Below, piece by piece: positions 28,849 to 42,570 of a stretch of DNA of 64,000 bases. Source of the stretch: Chrysomallon squamiferum (lineage: Eukaryota; Animalia; Mollusca). The notes under the pieces are model-generated. The model was not told the origin of the DNA and ran no database searches. It saw only the letters and a program-made list of their open reading frames with translations. The stretch covers positions 17,732,001-17,796,000 of the forward strand of contig CM022665.1 in assembly GCA_012295275.1 (NCBI GenBank), in the 5' to 3' direction. The position numbers and the translations under genes were made by a program. Position 1 is the stretch's first letter. The number at the start of each line of letters is the position of its first letter.

Positions 28849-31800
28849 CCAAACTGGATCAGATCGTGGCTGAGTTTGAAGGTCAGACAATTGCACAGGG
28901 ACCACCGGTTTTAAACAACCAATCAGGAGAGCCTAAAATTGCCTCTGTGAGGGCCTCCCATGCTGCAAAGCGAATGTCTGTGGTTGATCTGGACAATATC
29001 ATGACAAAAGACTCAGAAAGAAACTCTAGGAATAAAGACTACAAAAGTCCCTCAGAACTTAGGATTCAGAAGTACCATAAGAAACAGAATGGAACAATGG
29101 AGAGGGCAAAGAGCACCCCTGACCTTGTTGCTGATACCCAGGGTGCACCACAACAAGGGGATGTAATCTATGCAAAAGCCAATATCCAGACTGGAAATGG
29201 AACTCAGTGGAATGGGTCTCCAACAACTGGTCACAGAGATGGATCTCCTAGGAGCTCTACAGCAGTGAGCTATATAGGAACTATTCAGAAACCTCCTGTA
29301 TATATGGATCCCTCAGTTCTTCATGCTGGTGTCTACAGTGGCAGTTATACTAAAGTTTATGAAGAACCAAAATATACGATTCCAACAATTCCTGGTAGAA
29401 ATCCCATACCTAAACGACCAGCACCACCACCCCCAACAAAAACAGAAGTTGTTTCTATCACCACTACTGCAAGTTCAAATGGAATATATGCTAATGTTTC
29501 TGAAGAGGTACAGATGAGAAAAAAAGAGGAGTCACCATATGAATCTAGTTTTAGACCAGGAACTTTAGCCAGGCTTAGCAAACATCCTCAAGTGTTGACA
29601 GACTCACTGGAACAAGCCAAGCTCAAGTCTCACCACAGAAGTGCCAGCATGGGCAATATAGAAGTCCCTACTGATGATGAGGGCAAGCCTTCAGTTTCAT
29701 TTGCTGAGGACAAAGTGTTTCAGAATGCTGCATCATTTATCCAGAAACACCCAAATGCAACTCTGCTGGTCACTGCAGATGTGTACAAGGGACAGAACAA
29801 AGGTGAGAAGTATTATGAGCCAGAGCCAGATTATGATGACATCAGTGATGAAGAGAAAAAGTTTCAGTCTCATACAAAAGGAAGGGTTCAGGACTCCAAT
29901 AATTCCTCACCAAGGTCAACAGGATCAATAACTGGCAGGAAAATGTCTCGTGATGCTACACAAGATTTACAGAAGGTCACAGTAATATCAATTAATGGGG
30001 ACCAGATAATGAAAAATTCACAACGTTCAAACAAGTGCTACACTGTCCACACAGACATTCCATCCAGCACCCCTGCTGCTGCACATCAGTCAGAAGGATC
30101 TAAGATAGTTATACCTCCTCGTCCAAATGAACCTGCTCCTTTGCCTCCTTCAGTGCCTTCCAGCCACGACAGTTCAAGACGTTCATCTCTTCAGTCAAAT
30201 TTCAGTGGAGACAGAGACAGTTCTTCAGAAAAAATTCAAACACTGGCCTCAGCTTTTTATAATCACAATTCAAACAGTAAGAATACCTTCAAGTCTGCCA
30301 CCAATGCTGAAAAAAGCTACAACAGCAGCATTTCATCAACAAAGTCGTCACCTTCTGTTGTTCACAAACCTCCCCCTGAAAGTGCACCACCTCCTCCACC
30401 ACCTCCTCCGCCTCCTCCACCTCCTCCACCTGCACCCCCAACTGCCCCTCCACCACCACCTCTTCCAAAAACGGAACCACCACAGCTGATTAACCAGAAT
30501 GCCAAAACTCACATGATGGTACCACCAGTGAGCTCCTCTGACATCATGGCGGCTGTGGCTAAGCGACAAATCAGGCTGGAAACACAGGGGCCAAGAATGA
30601 CAGAGGAAAAACCTGCTCCGCCTAAAGATCCAGTCATGGAAAAGTTGACAATGAATCAAGAAGCTCTGAAAGCAGCGGTGGAAAGACGTAAAAACATTCT
30701 TAATCAAAATGCTGAGACTGCCGTGGTGGAGTCTATTGAAGCCAGACTTCAGAAAACTAAGAAATTACAAGCAGCAAAGTATTTCTTTTCTAGTGATACT
30801 ATGAAGCGAGGCGCCACAAACCATGACAACAAAGATTCAGAAAGCAAAAAGGAAACTATAAAAGAAGTGAAAAAAGAAGAAAATGATAATAAAAAAGACT
30901 CTCGAGCCAAATCTGTATTTGATTCCAATACATTAAAGAGTGCAAATAAGTCAAACAGTGGAAATTCTCTGCCTAAGTCTTCAAAAAGTGTGCCAGCACC
31001 TGTTTCTGTAAAAGCAACAACAGCAGCGGCAACAACAACAGCTACAACAATAGCACAAAAGTCACCCTCCAAGTTAGTTACAAAATCAGAAAATGTTTCC
31101 TCAGAGCCAGTTAGTCCAGAACTGAATAAAACAAAGTCTGATACTGAAGCCAGTGACTTTCTTGCACTGGCTGAGAAAAGAAGACAGGAATATCTGAAGA
31201 GGAAGTCCAGTAAGGAAGCTGGTTCTATGAGTACTCTTCCCAGAACAGGAAAATCATCCCTCTCAAAAGATCAGGGCAAGAAAATTGAAGTGCTACCAGC
31301 AAGGAAGACTAGCAATAGTGATGATTTAAAACAAAGCAGTGACAGTGGTGATGATAAAAAAGTCTCTATCAAGGACAGGATAGCAAAACTAGAAAAAAGG
31401 AAAACGAATGGGGCCAAGAAAGACAATGTGGAATTGACTGGTGTAACTGAGGACCATTCCCACACTGAGGGTAGAACCACCCTGCCTAGGAAAACTAATG
31501 GGCACAGTGTTGTTGCACCTCCTCCAGGATTTGATGATGTTGGTCAGTCACCTAAGGCAGGTGTTGTCCAGATAGATATCATACCTCCACCTGCTCACTT
31601 TGCTAATGAGAATAATGAAGCTGTGCAGTCAAGACAACAAGGTAATTCTTCAGCTTTTGGTCATGATGATGCTGCCAGTCAGGTTTCGTCACTGTCCACC
31701 ATTAGCACACTGTCAAGTGATCCAGGAGACAATGGCTCAAAGACAAACAGGTCATATGAGATTGCAGCACCACCACCTCCTGGTTTTGATGATTCTAATG

Positions 31801-32147
31801 ACCCTAACTATGAGAATAATCAAAATACTGGATTTATCCCTCCACCTCTAGAATTTGGGAGTGGCTCACAAGATACTTCAAACAAAGGCAAACCTGTCAG
31901 GCCCTTCCAGACTAAACCAGTGGATTCCTGGCTCTGCACTGATGTCATGGATTGGCTGGACAGTCTGAACATGTCACAGTACAAGTCCAGTTTTGCAAAG
32001 AACTGTATTGATGGTCCCAAGCTGCAGGGTCTTGGCAGAAATGATTACATTGAACTTGGTGTAGTACAGGTAGGACACAGAATGAACCTTGAAAGATCCA
32101 TCAAAAAAGTGGCCATGGGAAAATTTACTGAAAGTTTACGACTGTGA
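28849..32147 (+). CDS. SHANK: Shank last coding exon: low-complexity/Pro-rich region, PPxxF motifs, C-terminal SAM domain
   Basis: Acceptor aatttcag at 28848, then about 1100 open codons with a poly-Pro tract near 30370-30465. Ends in SAM (PFQTKPVDSWLCTDVMDWLDSLNMSQYKSSFAKNCIDGPKL...ELGVVQVGHRMNLERSIK). TGA at 32145-32147. Confidence 0.96.
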
Positions 32148-34420
32148 AAAACAAGACTTTGAATTTCATAAAAGTGTAGATTATGTTTAGAATGTGAATG
32201 CAATAATATGCAATGAACTGTTTTCAGGAATAAATTTAGAATGTTTGCAAAAAAGAAATGTGTGATTTCAGATGACAAACTCTTGTGCAAGTTTATCACA
32301 GTAAAATAAACATTCAGGTAAATTACTGTCAATAGTCAGTTGGTGTCTGACTTCGTGTCTAATCCTGGATCGTTTATGTTAGCAATTTGAACAAGATATA
32401 TCGTGGACTTTCTATGATTGTTGCTTATTAAGGATTATATTTTAGAGGCTGGTTAACACTAACTTGGTTACACTAACTAATTAGCATGGGATGTTTTATA
32501 GGACTTTGTTAAAACAGACTGTTGCAGAAGCTAATTGATACAACTCTTATAGGAGTTATTTTCCATGGTCTATGTTACTGTTAGAGAGTTGATTGTCAAA
32601 GAATGCTAGTATGCTGACTCAAGGGGAGTGTTTCTTTTTATGTTTTTTGTTTTTTTACATGGACTTTCTTGTTTATTTTTTTAAAATGAATCAGGATCAT
32701 CTTTGTCAGCTTCTGAAAATGGATTACATGGAATGAAAGAACTGATCAGCTTTTCCTGAATCTGTAAGATTTTTTCTGAAATCATCTACTCTACTTCACA
32801 CACTGAAGAAATACTCATGAGATTACATTCTGGAAATTACATTTAAAATATCTTCAGTTTAAAGAAAAACTATTTTTAAAAATTATTTCAACATCAGTCT
32901 TTAACATTTGAAAAATGGTTAAAAAAACCAGTATTTTCTTACAATTTTTTAAATGTAAATGCAAAAAACATTCAAGAAAATGTATGCAAGAAAAAAATCA
33001 AATTTTCTCTGTACACTTCTCATATATTTTTTATTGTGAAAGAGCTAAGAATGTTTTAGAAGTTTAAAAAATATCACTACAGAAATAAAAGTAAAAGTAA
33101 AACTGAACAATAGATATTGTGGTTATAAAATCACTAAGAAATTATACAGAGAAGCCAAATGTTAACAGAAAATAATCTTGCATTTCTGAGAAAAAAATTC
33201 TGAGGTCAAAAGTTATATTTTTAGCTCATGTCTACATCAGATTGTACTGAGAGTAAACTGGTTCTGATTTTCTTAAAGACATTCACACTGGATTTAACAA
33301 ATGGTCACATCAAAATTTTACCTTTAATGGTTATCACCATCATTTTCAGTTTTGTTTTTCACAAGACATGTAAAAAGCATTAGGCCTATATTGCCTGCAC
33401 ACTGTCAGAGCTGGCTTAATGGTTTCAATCACAATATACATATTATATTTTCTGTAAGCAACTTAAGTGATTATTTTTTTTGTTATTTTATGCAGTTTGT
33501 TGATACCCTCTTGATGTTGGTAATCTAGATAAGCATAGAAATGTATGTAATTCTGCTGGCTATGAAATCAATTTTATTGTCAGATTTTAACATCATTCTT
33601 GGAAATGGTTTAGTCAATGGAACTGAATGGACAACTGAGTTAGTTTATTTTATACATTTTAAAAATAATTTATTAACTCTTTTATAGTTTAACCTATGAA
33701 GTTTTGTTTTTAGAACAATTTTCAAATTATTAATATATATATTTTTTAAATTCTTATTATTAGAAATATTTTACATATTTATGTTTTATTATTTTGTCAA
33801 CTTTCACATTCCTACGGTTTGCATTTCCAGCTTGTACAAAATAACAATTAAATCTATATTATTGTTAATATGAGCTAATTGTTAACAAATTGTATATACA
33901 GCTATATTTTATATCATCTGTACATAGTGTATGATTTACTAGTCAGAGAATTGTGGGGAAAAAACAATTAAATTTGAATCTTTTTGTCTGAAACTTAAAA
34001 TGATAATAATTATATTGGCAATATGATGTAATGTAATTTAGACTATTACATTTAACAAAATGATAATTTTTATTTTATTTTTATTTTTTTAATATTTATT
34101 ACTGATTGTATATGAAGAATTGATCTACTAATGGTGTCTGTTTCTCCTTACAATTTTCAGTGAGAATTTTTATCATCAAAAATAGCAAATACAACATAAA
34201 GAAAACAGAATTACATAAAAATAAAGGTAAAGAAATACAGGTGATAAGTTTTTTAAATGAGATTTAGATTAATGTAAACAGTAAAATGATTTGAACATAT
34301 TCAAAACATAAACATTTTTTATTTCTTTATATATATATGTGTGGACTCAACATGGCAAAAATAATACAGTAATCTTTCTTGTTCATTTAAATAAATAAAA
34401 TTTACATTTTAAAAAATAAT

Positions 34421-34603
34421 TAATTTACAAAATAATCTAAGTACTTATATTTTCTGTAAAACATTTAACATACAAAATATCTGTAATTAATAATAAAAAT
34501 ATACTAACTGAATAATTTACAAAATAATCTAAGTACTTATATTTTCTGTAAGACATTTAACACAGAAAATATCTGTAATTAATAATAAAAATATACTAAC
34601 TGA
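34421..34603. repeat. 92-bp tandem duplication (x2)
   Basis: taatttacaaaataatctaagtacttatattttctgtaa... starts at 34421 and at 34513. Confidence 0.9.
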
Positions 34604-35440
34604 TTAATTTATGTATATTGCTATTTCAGTACAACACATCAGCTTTAGGTAACTGTTTTAATAAATGCTAAAATTTTAAATTTTATACAATGTACATAAC
34701 TCGGACAAAATATATTATTTTATTAAAACATTTACATGAATGATCAGATTATGATGTAAAAACATTTTTCTTCAATTGTCATATTTGATCATATAAAAAC
34801 TAGACTACATTTTCTAAGATACCTGTCATTTTTTTCATTTTTAAAGTATTTTCTGCTGATTCCTCAAACACACACATTTAAAAAAAAAATATATATATTA
34901 AAAAAGAAAAAATTGGCAACTAAATTAGTGTTTTTAAATTTTATTTAAATGAAAAATTACAAAATATACATGTAAATTTGTGATTCTTATCCATTCCACA
35001 TTGTTCATTAATACAGTCTTCTACAATTTATTTATCATTTTCTAATGGTAACGTGTTAGCTGTACATAATATATATCTAACTATATATTCTTGAAAAGAG
35101 AAATCTTCAGTTTTTACTTTAAATATTTTTATCTGTGATTGTTATTACATTCCAAAATGTTTATTATTCCAATGAGATTACTGGAAATTTTTATGCTAAA
35201 TAACTGAGATTATTATATTTAAAAACCTACACTGAAAACAAATTCTTCTGTTAACAAATTCATGTATGATAATTCATTTAATAATAATAATAGTAGTAAT
35301 AACCTTTTCAAAAATTCAGTTTATTAGTGATATATATTTAATTTAAAATTAAATTATTCTGATTGTTTTTTTTTTTTTTTCTAATTCTTTAATCAACAGA
35401 TCAAAATTATGATTATAACCAATGTTCATTTACCTTCTTA

Positions 35441-35473
<33 letters not shown>

Positions 35474-35547
35474 GATTTTGCATCATAAATTAGTTTAAGA
35501 TGTTTTTAGTTTGTGTTTTTTTTTTTTTTAAAGGTAAAAGAAAATAA

Positions 35548-37640
35548 ACAAACTTACAGATACCTTTAAAAAAAATCAAACAGTCTGTTTTAGATTTGCG
35601 TTCAAGTAAATCTTACAGTCATAAAAATTTGCATAAATTAAAATGATTCAATTATGAACATGTACATATCCTTTGAATTTTGAAATTTTTTATTTCAGTG
35701 TTGAGAAAATCTCTGAGAGTGTGATTTACAATAAATCATATTAATTTAATCATTATATTTGTTCTCAAAGGATACGTATATATAATATACATGGAGGTCA
35801 AGGACATATCTGAAGGTAGTAGGAAATGGAAATTAACTGTATAACCTTGACCTTGATATTTATTTTCCTATCTGTATTTACTACTAGACAATTAACACTC
35901 GATTATAATTTTTTTTTTTTTTTTTTTTTTTAGAGTTTGAGCATTAGACTTCTTAGATAATTTGAGTGACCCGACAGATTGAGCATTTATGTTTTGTTAT
36001 TTTTTTTTTTAATATTATATTTTAATTCTTTAACCTCTTTATTTGCATTGAGGTGCCATTAAATTTCAAAGTTAAATCATAAAATAAAAACATATGTTTA
36101 ATAATTTGTTTTTGACATTTGTAATATACATATTAAGCTGCTTTTTAAATTGATTTATTTACTGATATTTATGGAATGTTTGTATATAAAAAAGGTGAAT
36201 AAAATCTTTTAAACTTTATTGAAGAACATCAAAATCAAACTGTTAATGGAAAGTATATGGAATATGTAATGAGAAAATTACACACAAAAAACATATTTTT
36301 ATAATAAAATAATATTGAGTTAATTAAACAAAAATTTAAAATAGTGTGATTTAAATTTCAGTTTCTGTAAGGAACAGCCTTGGCTTCAAATTATTTTATT
36401 TTTTCATTTATTTATTTTTTTATGTTTATTTTTACACAAAGAACAACGACATTTTCAACCTGATTAATTCAGTTCGCAGAATGTTATTAAAATACAGAAA
36501 GTAAGATTCTGTATACAGAACTGTAAAACTTGTATTTTCTGTTTGGGATCAACAATGCTTGAATACAATGATTTTCAGATTAATTATTCACATATCAGTG
36601 CTTTCTGTTACAATTCAATCAATCTGCCATTGTTATTATTCTGTGATAAATCCCTCCACAGGAAAAAAATCAATGAGATTGAATGCCATTCTTGTAGTCA
36701 GCTTATCTTAGGTTTGGAGATAAAACACACACACACACACACACCTTCAAACACTTTCATATATACAAAAAGATATGTGTGTCGTAGATAAAACTATTAT
36801 AATATTTCAAGTATTAACCATTTTAGACATATTTAGATAATGAAGTACATACATTTCTGGTTATACACATTTGTAAAATGCAAACAATGCTGGTAGTTAC
36901 AAAATTGTAAATAGCTATGATTTATTTGATATTGAGCTAAAGAGTAAACTAGTCAAATTTATTATACCACTAATCAAATTGTACTATTTTTCTTTTTACT
37001 TTTAGAAAGTTTGTTTTGAATTAGCATTAAAAATATAAATTGAATACATTTTCTTTTATGAAAATTAATTTTTCTTTTATATCAGTTTATCAGTTTTATA
37101 ATATACATTTCAGGAAATCTAAAAATGTTCTAAAATTCGTCATCATCGTTTGTTGAACTGTAGACTTAATCAAAATTATAATGTCCTGTTTTATTTGCTT
37201 TTCAATTTTATTTAACAATAAATAAATAAAATAACGAACTAACTCAATAAAAATAAAGTAAAATAAAGCAAAACAAACTCACAGATACCTTTAAAATAAT
37301 TTGGATAGTCTGTTTTAGATTTGCGTTCAAGTAAATCTTACAGTCATAAAAATTTGCATAAATTAAAATAATTCAATTATTAACATATACGTATCCTTTG
37401 AATGTTGAAATATTTATTTCAGGGTTGAGAAAATCTCTGAGAGTGTGGTTTACAATAAATCATATTAATTCAATCATTATATTTGTTCTCAAAGGATACG
37501 TATACGTGGAGGTCAAGGACATATCTGAAGGTTGTTAGGAAATGGAAATTAACTGTATGACCTTGACCTTGACATTTATTTTCATATCTGTATTTACTAC
37601 AATTATTTATACTAGACAATTAACACTAGATTATTATTAA
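35548..37640. repeat. About 360-bp direct repeat (35548-35910 and 37272-37640)
   Basis: Long shared blocks, e.g. gtctgttttagatttgcgttcaagtaaatcttacagtcataaaaatttgcataaattaaaa and ggaggtcaaggacatatctgaagg. Confidence 0.92.
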
Positions 37641-38683
37641 TTTTTTTGTATTAATACGCTGTAAACAAAAATACTTCCAGTAATGGCTGTTTAACACTGT
37701 ATGTAAAAATATATATTTATGTAATCTTTTGTGTCATGTTGGATTATTTTCTTACAGAGATGGTAATATTTGTGGAAGTGATCAAGTTTGAAAATAAATT
37801 CTTCCATTATGAAATATTTTGTTTGTGTTTTTGTAGAAACATAAAAAGACAATTGCCTCCAGAAAACAATTTTAAAATAAAACAACTAATAATAAAAATA
37901 AAATAAACTAAACTCTTCTGAAAAACTGCGTTTTTTTCCACATTTAAGAATTAGCAAAGAGATATTTGCATGTTATAGACACTGATACTTATCACAATAT
38001 ATAAAACACTTAAGTGCTAATATATAAACACACCCAAAAATTGTATTTTATTGTCTAATTAGCAGTTAGCTACAAACTATCATTCTTTGGCATTTCCCAA
38101 CAGAGAACCATACATACCACTTCATTTGTTATATGTGTCTAAGTACAACTGAACCCGATCAGTACATCAAAGAGGACTGAACCTCTATCTCATTATTTCC
38201 CAGAGCATTTCACTAGTGCTGTCCTCTTGACTTTATTTAATAATAATAATAATGATAATAATAATAAATACAGTATTCATCTTACTATGCTTCATAAACA
38301 CACACAAGTAACTGAAAAATCCTTTATCCAAAAGGCTTTGGACTCTAAATATTTTAGATATCAGAATGTTTTGAATTCTGGACTATAAGGAGATAGCCTG
38401 AAAATAGGATGTAGGTCTAAATACAAATTCTGTTTATATTTCATATACTTCTTACAGATTTTTCATATAGCATTTTTAGTAATAGTAATAATACAGGATA
38501 AAATAAAATAAAGGAATATGTATTTGTTTATTTGTTCATTTATTACCATTGTAATCTTTGTCATCATTGTTGTTGTTGTTGTTAGTGCTGCTGTTGTGAT
38601 TGTTATTAATATTTTCATTTAAAGTATATTAAATTAATAATGATAACAATAATAATAATGAATTAATATTGTACTAGTAGTAT

Positions 38684-38747
38684 TGTTGTCTAATGGTTAG
38701 GATATCTGGTTTACCCAGGTTAACTGGGTTCAAATCACAGCATCAGA
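38684..38747 (+). pseudogene. Decayed tRNA-Glu-like copy
   Basis: tgttgtctaatggttaggatatctggtttacccagg...gggttcaaatcacagcatcaga aligns by eye to the tRNA at 42499-42570. Anticodon loop is shortened. Confidence 0.6.
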
Positions 38748-39691
38748 TCTGGATTATTCTTCCTTTCGTTTTATTTCTCTCTTTCTTTTTCTGTTCAGCC
38801 TTTTCTTTCTCTAAACAGTAAAGCAGATACCAGCTCTTTTTTCAAAAGACATAATTGGGAGAGGATCTCATGAGCACAGGGATGGGGACTGTTAGGTAGG
38901 ACAAAAGGATAAATGAATGAATGAATGAATGGATGAAGGAATAAATAAATTCATGAGATAATGAATGAAAAACAAATGATAGTGACAAAAACAGAAAGAA
39001 ATTAAGAATCAATAATGAAAAGAATTCGATGTCTTGTTATAATAATAAAGAAATGTAAAATAGTTTTTGAAGTTATAATCTGGAATTTCTTTATCCACTT
39101 TTGAAATTGGTGACTTGAAATTTGTACAACAATAATAACAATTAAATTTTAAAAACCTTAAAACAGTTAAATATTAGTATTAACATTTCTGTATTAACAC
39201 TGAAATATTGATTCAAGCATAAACAAATAAAACAAAGAAATAAATATTTGTCCAGCAACACATACCAAATAGTTTTATCCAGATTTAAATTTCTAGTTAA
39301 ATGACAGTGGTTGTAACTGGCAACTTTTCTGTTAAAAATAAAAATAAAAATATTTTACAAATCAGTTGACAAAGATCTTAATTAGTTATATTTTTATGTC
39401 GCCCTCTGATTCATTTATTTTATAGATAACTCAAGAATCAGTTATATAAATAATCATTGACTTATTAGTATTATCTCTGATAAAAAGTAATTCATCAATC
39501 AGTTGTTTTTGTAATAAATAACAACAACAACAACAAATATTAATAACAACAAAAATAACAGGAGTAGTAATAGTAACAGTAATAACAACAACAACAACAA
39601 CAGTTAAAATAAAAGAAAAAGAAGAAGAAAACAATGTTATTCATATTTCCCTACTGATTTGGTTGTTTATGGTCACCCTTACTACACTAAG

Positions 39692-39898
39692 AATTCAAGT
39701 AATAAGTTGATAATTCCCACATATCTGTCCCGTATCCCATGTAACTGTTTTTATTTATTTATTTATTTTTTTTTTTTTTCGTAACTGCCCTTACCGTCCA
39801 GATTGAGTAGTTCTCTCAAATCCTGTACGTCTCTCTCGTTCATACCAGACTGTGTTAACTCGGATGAATCTAAAATTCTGTCAGTGTTCAAATCCACA
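39692..39898 (-). pseudogene. Relic of the EF-hand exon plus following intron of the secreted-peptide paralogue (DLNTDRILDSSELTQSGMNERDVQDLRELLNLDG)
   Basis: Near-identical reverse complement of about 48942-49160, including the donor GTAAGG and about 100 nt of intron. No counterpart of the last coding exon was seen. Confidence 0.9.
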
Positions 39899-40068
39899 CT
39901 ACGAATGAATGAAGGTAAGAAATATTTAGTGTAACAAGAGTGGGACCATGAATTGTGAAAGGGAGGAGTCATCATTATTACTGTTGTATAACCTCGAAAA
40001 TGAAATTTTAAAATTTATTTATTTATTTATTTTTTTCAACATTTTTTTTTTTCTATATTAATTATTAA

Positions 40069-40117
<49 letters not shown>

Positions 40118-40204
40118 AGTTCCCAATTATTTACAATATTTATTCATTTATTTACAATATTCATTCATTCATACATTAATTTATTGATTTATTGAAGATA
40201 GACA

Positions 40205-40315
40205 CTTAGGATAGTGAATGATAATAATTACGTGATGTCAACATTGAAAAATCCAGGCATAGCTGGTTGCCAGGGTCATCAACACCAACAGCAGCAGCAA
40301 AAGATCTTTATTCAT
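40205..40315 (-). pseudogene. Pseudogenised signal-peptide exon of the paralogue: MNKDLLLLLLVLMTLATSYA-WIFQC*HHVIIIIHYPK
   Basis: Acceptor ttttgcag directly before ATG AAT AAA, as in the intact gene at 48332. 20-aa signal peptide followed by Trp. Premature TGA at 40238-40240. Confidence 0.85.
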
Positions 40316-41001
40316 CTGCAAAATAGATAAATAAATTCTAATGATGATGATGGTGTCGACAATGATAAATAATTCATTTCATAAATACACCAGCACTACT
40401 ATTACTAGAACTACTACAACAACAACAATAACTACTATTTTTTAACATTACTAAAACAACAACAAAACAAAAATAAAAAATAAAACATATAAAAATACTA
40501 CTACTACTACTACTACTATTAATAATAATAACAATATCATCATCATCATCATCATTATTGTTATTGTTCTACCATCATTGGAGAAATGCTAAGGCAGATA
40601 CAACAAATAATAAATATAGTATACTACTACTACTAATAATAATAATAATAATTCCTCCCAAAAATGCAATAAATTTTTTAAAATGTTGCTGTCTGCTTTA
40701 CTGTTTATGAGAGGGTGATTTTAATAAATTCCTTATTGCTAAAAGATAGTTTTCTTCTGACAAAAGAAAATGTTGTGTAATTATTTCATTCATCACACAA
40801 ATACATCCACGTGTTTGATTCATAAGTCACCTAACAGTGAAAACATAACACAAGAAGTCACTTTTCAAAGATTTATATTTTTCAGGAAAATAAAATTGTA
40901 TAAATATTGTTTTGTATATGGCTGCTAATAAAAGTAACAATGAAAAAAAAATAATAATAATAGTAATAATAATTTAGCAAAAATAAAAATGTGATAAGAA
41001 A

Positions 41002-41072
41002 TTTCTATGCTGGGAATTGAACCCGGCCAACTAGGTGAAAGCCAAGGATCCAAACCACTAGAGCACATCAGA
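41002..41072 (-). pseudogene. tRNA-Glu(TTC) pseudogene
   Basis: Near full-length, multiply substituted copy of 42499-42570 with broken acceptor and D stems. Confidence 0.8.
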
Positions 41073-41355
41073 TGTTACAATTATGTGAATAAGACCAACC
41101 ACCACTTCTTCTGCAAACTGTAACTGCATATAGTGTTATCTACTTTATTCTTTAAAAAATCATTTTATATATAAATTTTTTTTTTCTTCAGATGTGCACA
41201 GGGTAAATTATCTGTATAATAAAATGAACAAAACAAAGTTTTAATAGGAATATTATGAAACTTACCTTGCGTAATGGTTATTGCATGTCATGTAAATCTC
41301 CAGACAGCATGAAACGTACAATGCACAACACAGATGTTTAATTAATTTGGTGTTT

Positions 41356-41395
<40 letters not shown>

Positions 41396-42498
41396 AAAAA
41401 AAAAAAACAAAAAAAAACCAGAAAATAATATGTAGAAACAAGAGTATGATGACACAAGATGGCATTTCTTAATTTATTAGGATAAAATGAAAAATAAACA
41501 CACACACACACACACACACACATTCACAATATAAATCTGTCTATCTGTCTAAATGTAGGATATAATTTAAAAATTCTTGGGCCTAAAACACATTTTTATG
41601 TATAATTTGTATCCAAAAGTGTGCACCATAACAAGAAAAAAACCCAAAATCAAATAAATTAGAAAGAGAAAAAAAGGAAAAAAGAAAAGACAAATATGAC
41701 GCATTAAATTTTTTTAATTCTTATTAAATTATTATTATTACTGTTGTTGTTGTTGTTGTTGTTGTTGTTCTTCTTCTTCTTCTTCTTACTGTTTTTAATG
41801 TTCTTAATGATGCTTTAAAATTATATTTTGGACATCTTCTGTGTGTTTAACCACTAAATTTTTAGTTACTACTACAATTGTTATTATGACTGTCAGTGTA
41901 AACTGTAAATAATTTCATTATATAAACACACATATACATACATGTGTGTGTGTGTGTGTGTGTAATAATAATACATACATATATCTATAATCATGTACAT
42001 ATGTAGATACATGTAAAATTTAAAAAAAAAAAAAAAATTAAAAGAAAATGCCAGATTTTCTCCACAAAAACTCTTATCTTTAACAAAATAAATACTATAA
42101 GAAATATGAGGAAAATATTATCACAGTAAATTTTTTGTCAGCTGTCTTGGTAACGTAAATCTTTGATAATCCAACACAAATAATTACTAATCCAAATTGC
42201 TTGTTTCATTTTAGATATGTTTATTTATATATTCCTGGGGGGAGGGGAATAATAATAATAAATAAAATAGTTGTACTTGTCGTTGTTGATGAGTGTGGTG
42301 ATGATGATACATTTAAAACTTAATATAGATCTTTAGTCATTTTACTAGCTAACAATGTTTGCTAATAATAAAGAATGACAATTAAAGACACTACCATTAT
42401 ATAAAACACTGAACAAAGATGTTTTTATTTTATAAGTGTAGTTTGAGATATATTGTAAAAAAAATTAAAACAACAATATTAATAAAAAGAAAAGTATA

Positions 42499-42570
42499 TT
42501 CCGATGCCGGGAATTGAACCCGGGCCACCTGGGTGAAAACCAGGGATCCTAACCACTAGACCACGTCGGA
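42499..42570 (-). tRNA. tRNA-Glu(TTC): tRNA-Glu, anticodon TTC
   Basis: Minus strand reads TCCGACGTGGTCTAGTGGTTAGGATCCCTGGTTTTCACCCAGGTGGCCCGGGTTCAATTCCCGGCATCGGAA (72 nt). Cloverleaf, A/B boxes and a downstream T-run terminator are present. One C-A mismatch in the acceptor stem, so it may be a young pseudogene. Confidence 0.88.

Noticed and set aside
28866-28868. ORF-track start of a standalone 1093-aa protein
   Set aside because: It is a GTG codon inside an exon that begins at the 28849 acceptor.
29052-32332. Overlapping and antisense ORFs within the Shank last exon
   Set aside because: Shadow frames of a long coding exon.
40660-40830. Minus-strand exon-like segment (MYLCDE*NNYTTFSFVRRK...) as a coding exon
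   Set aside because: Multiple stops and no identifiable homology; kept only as part of the duplication relic.
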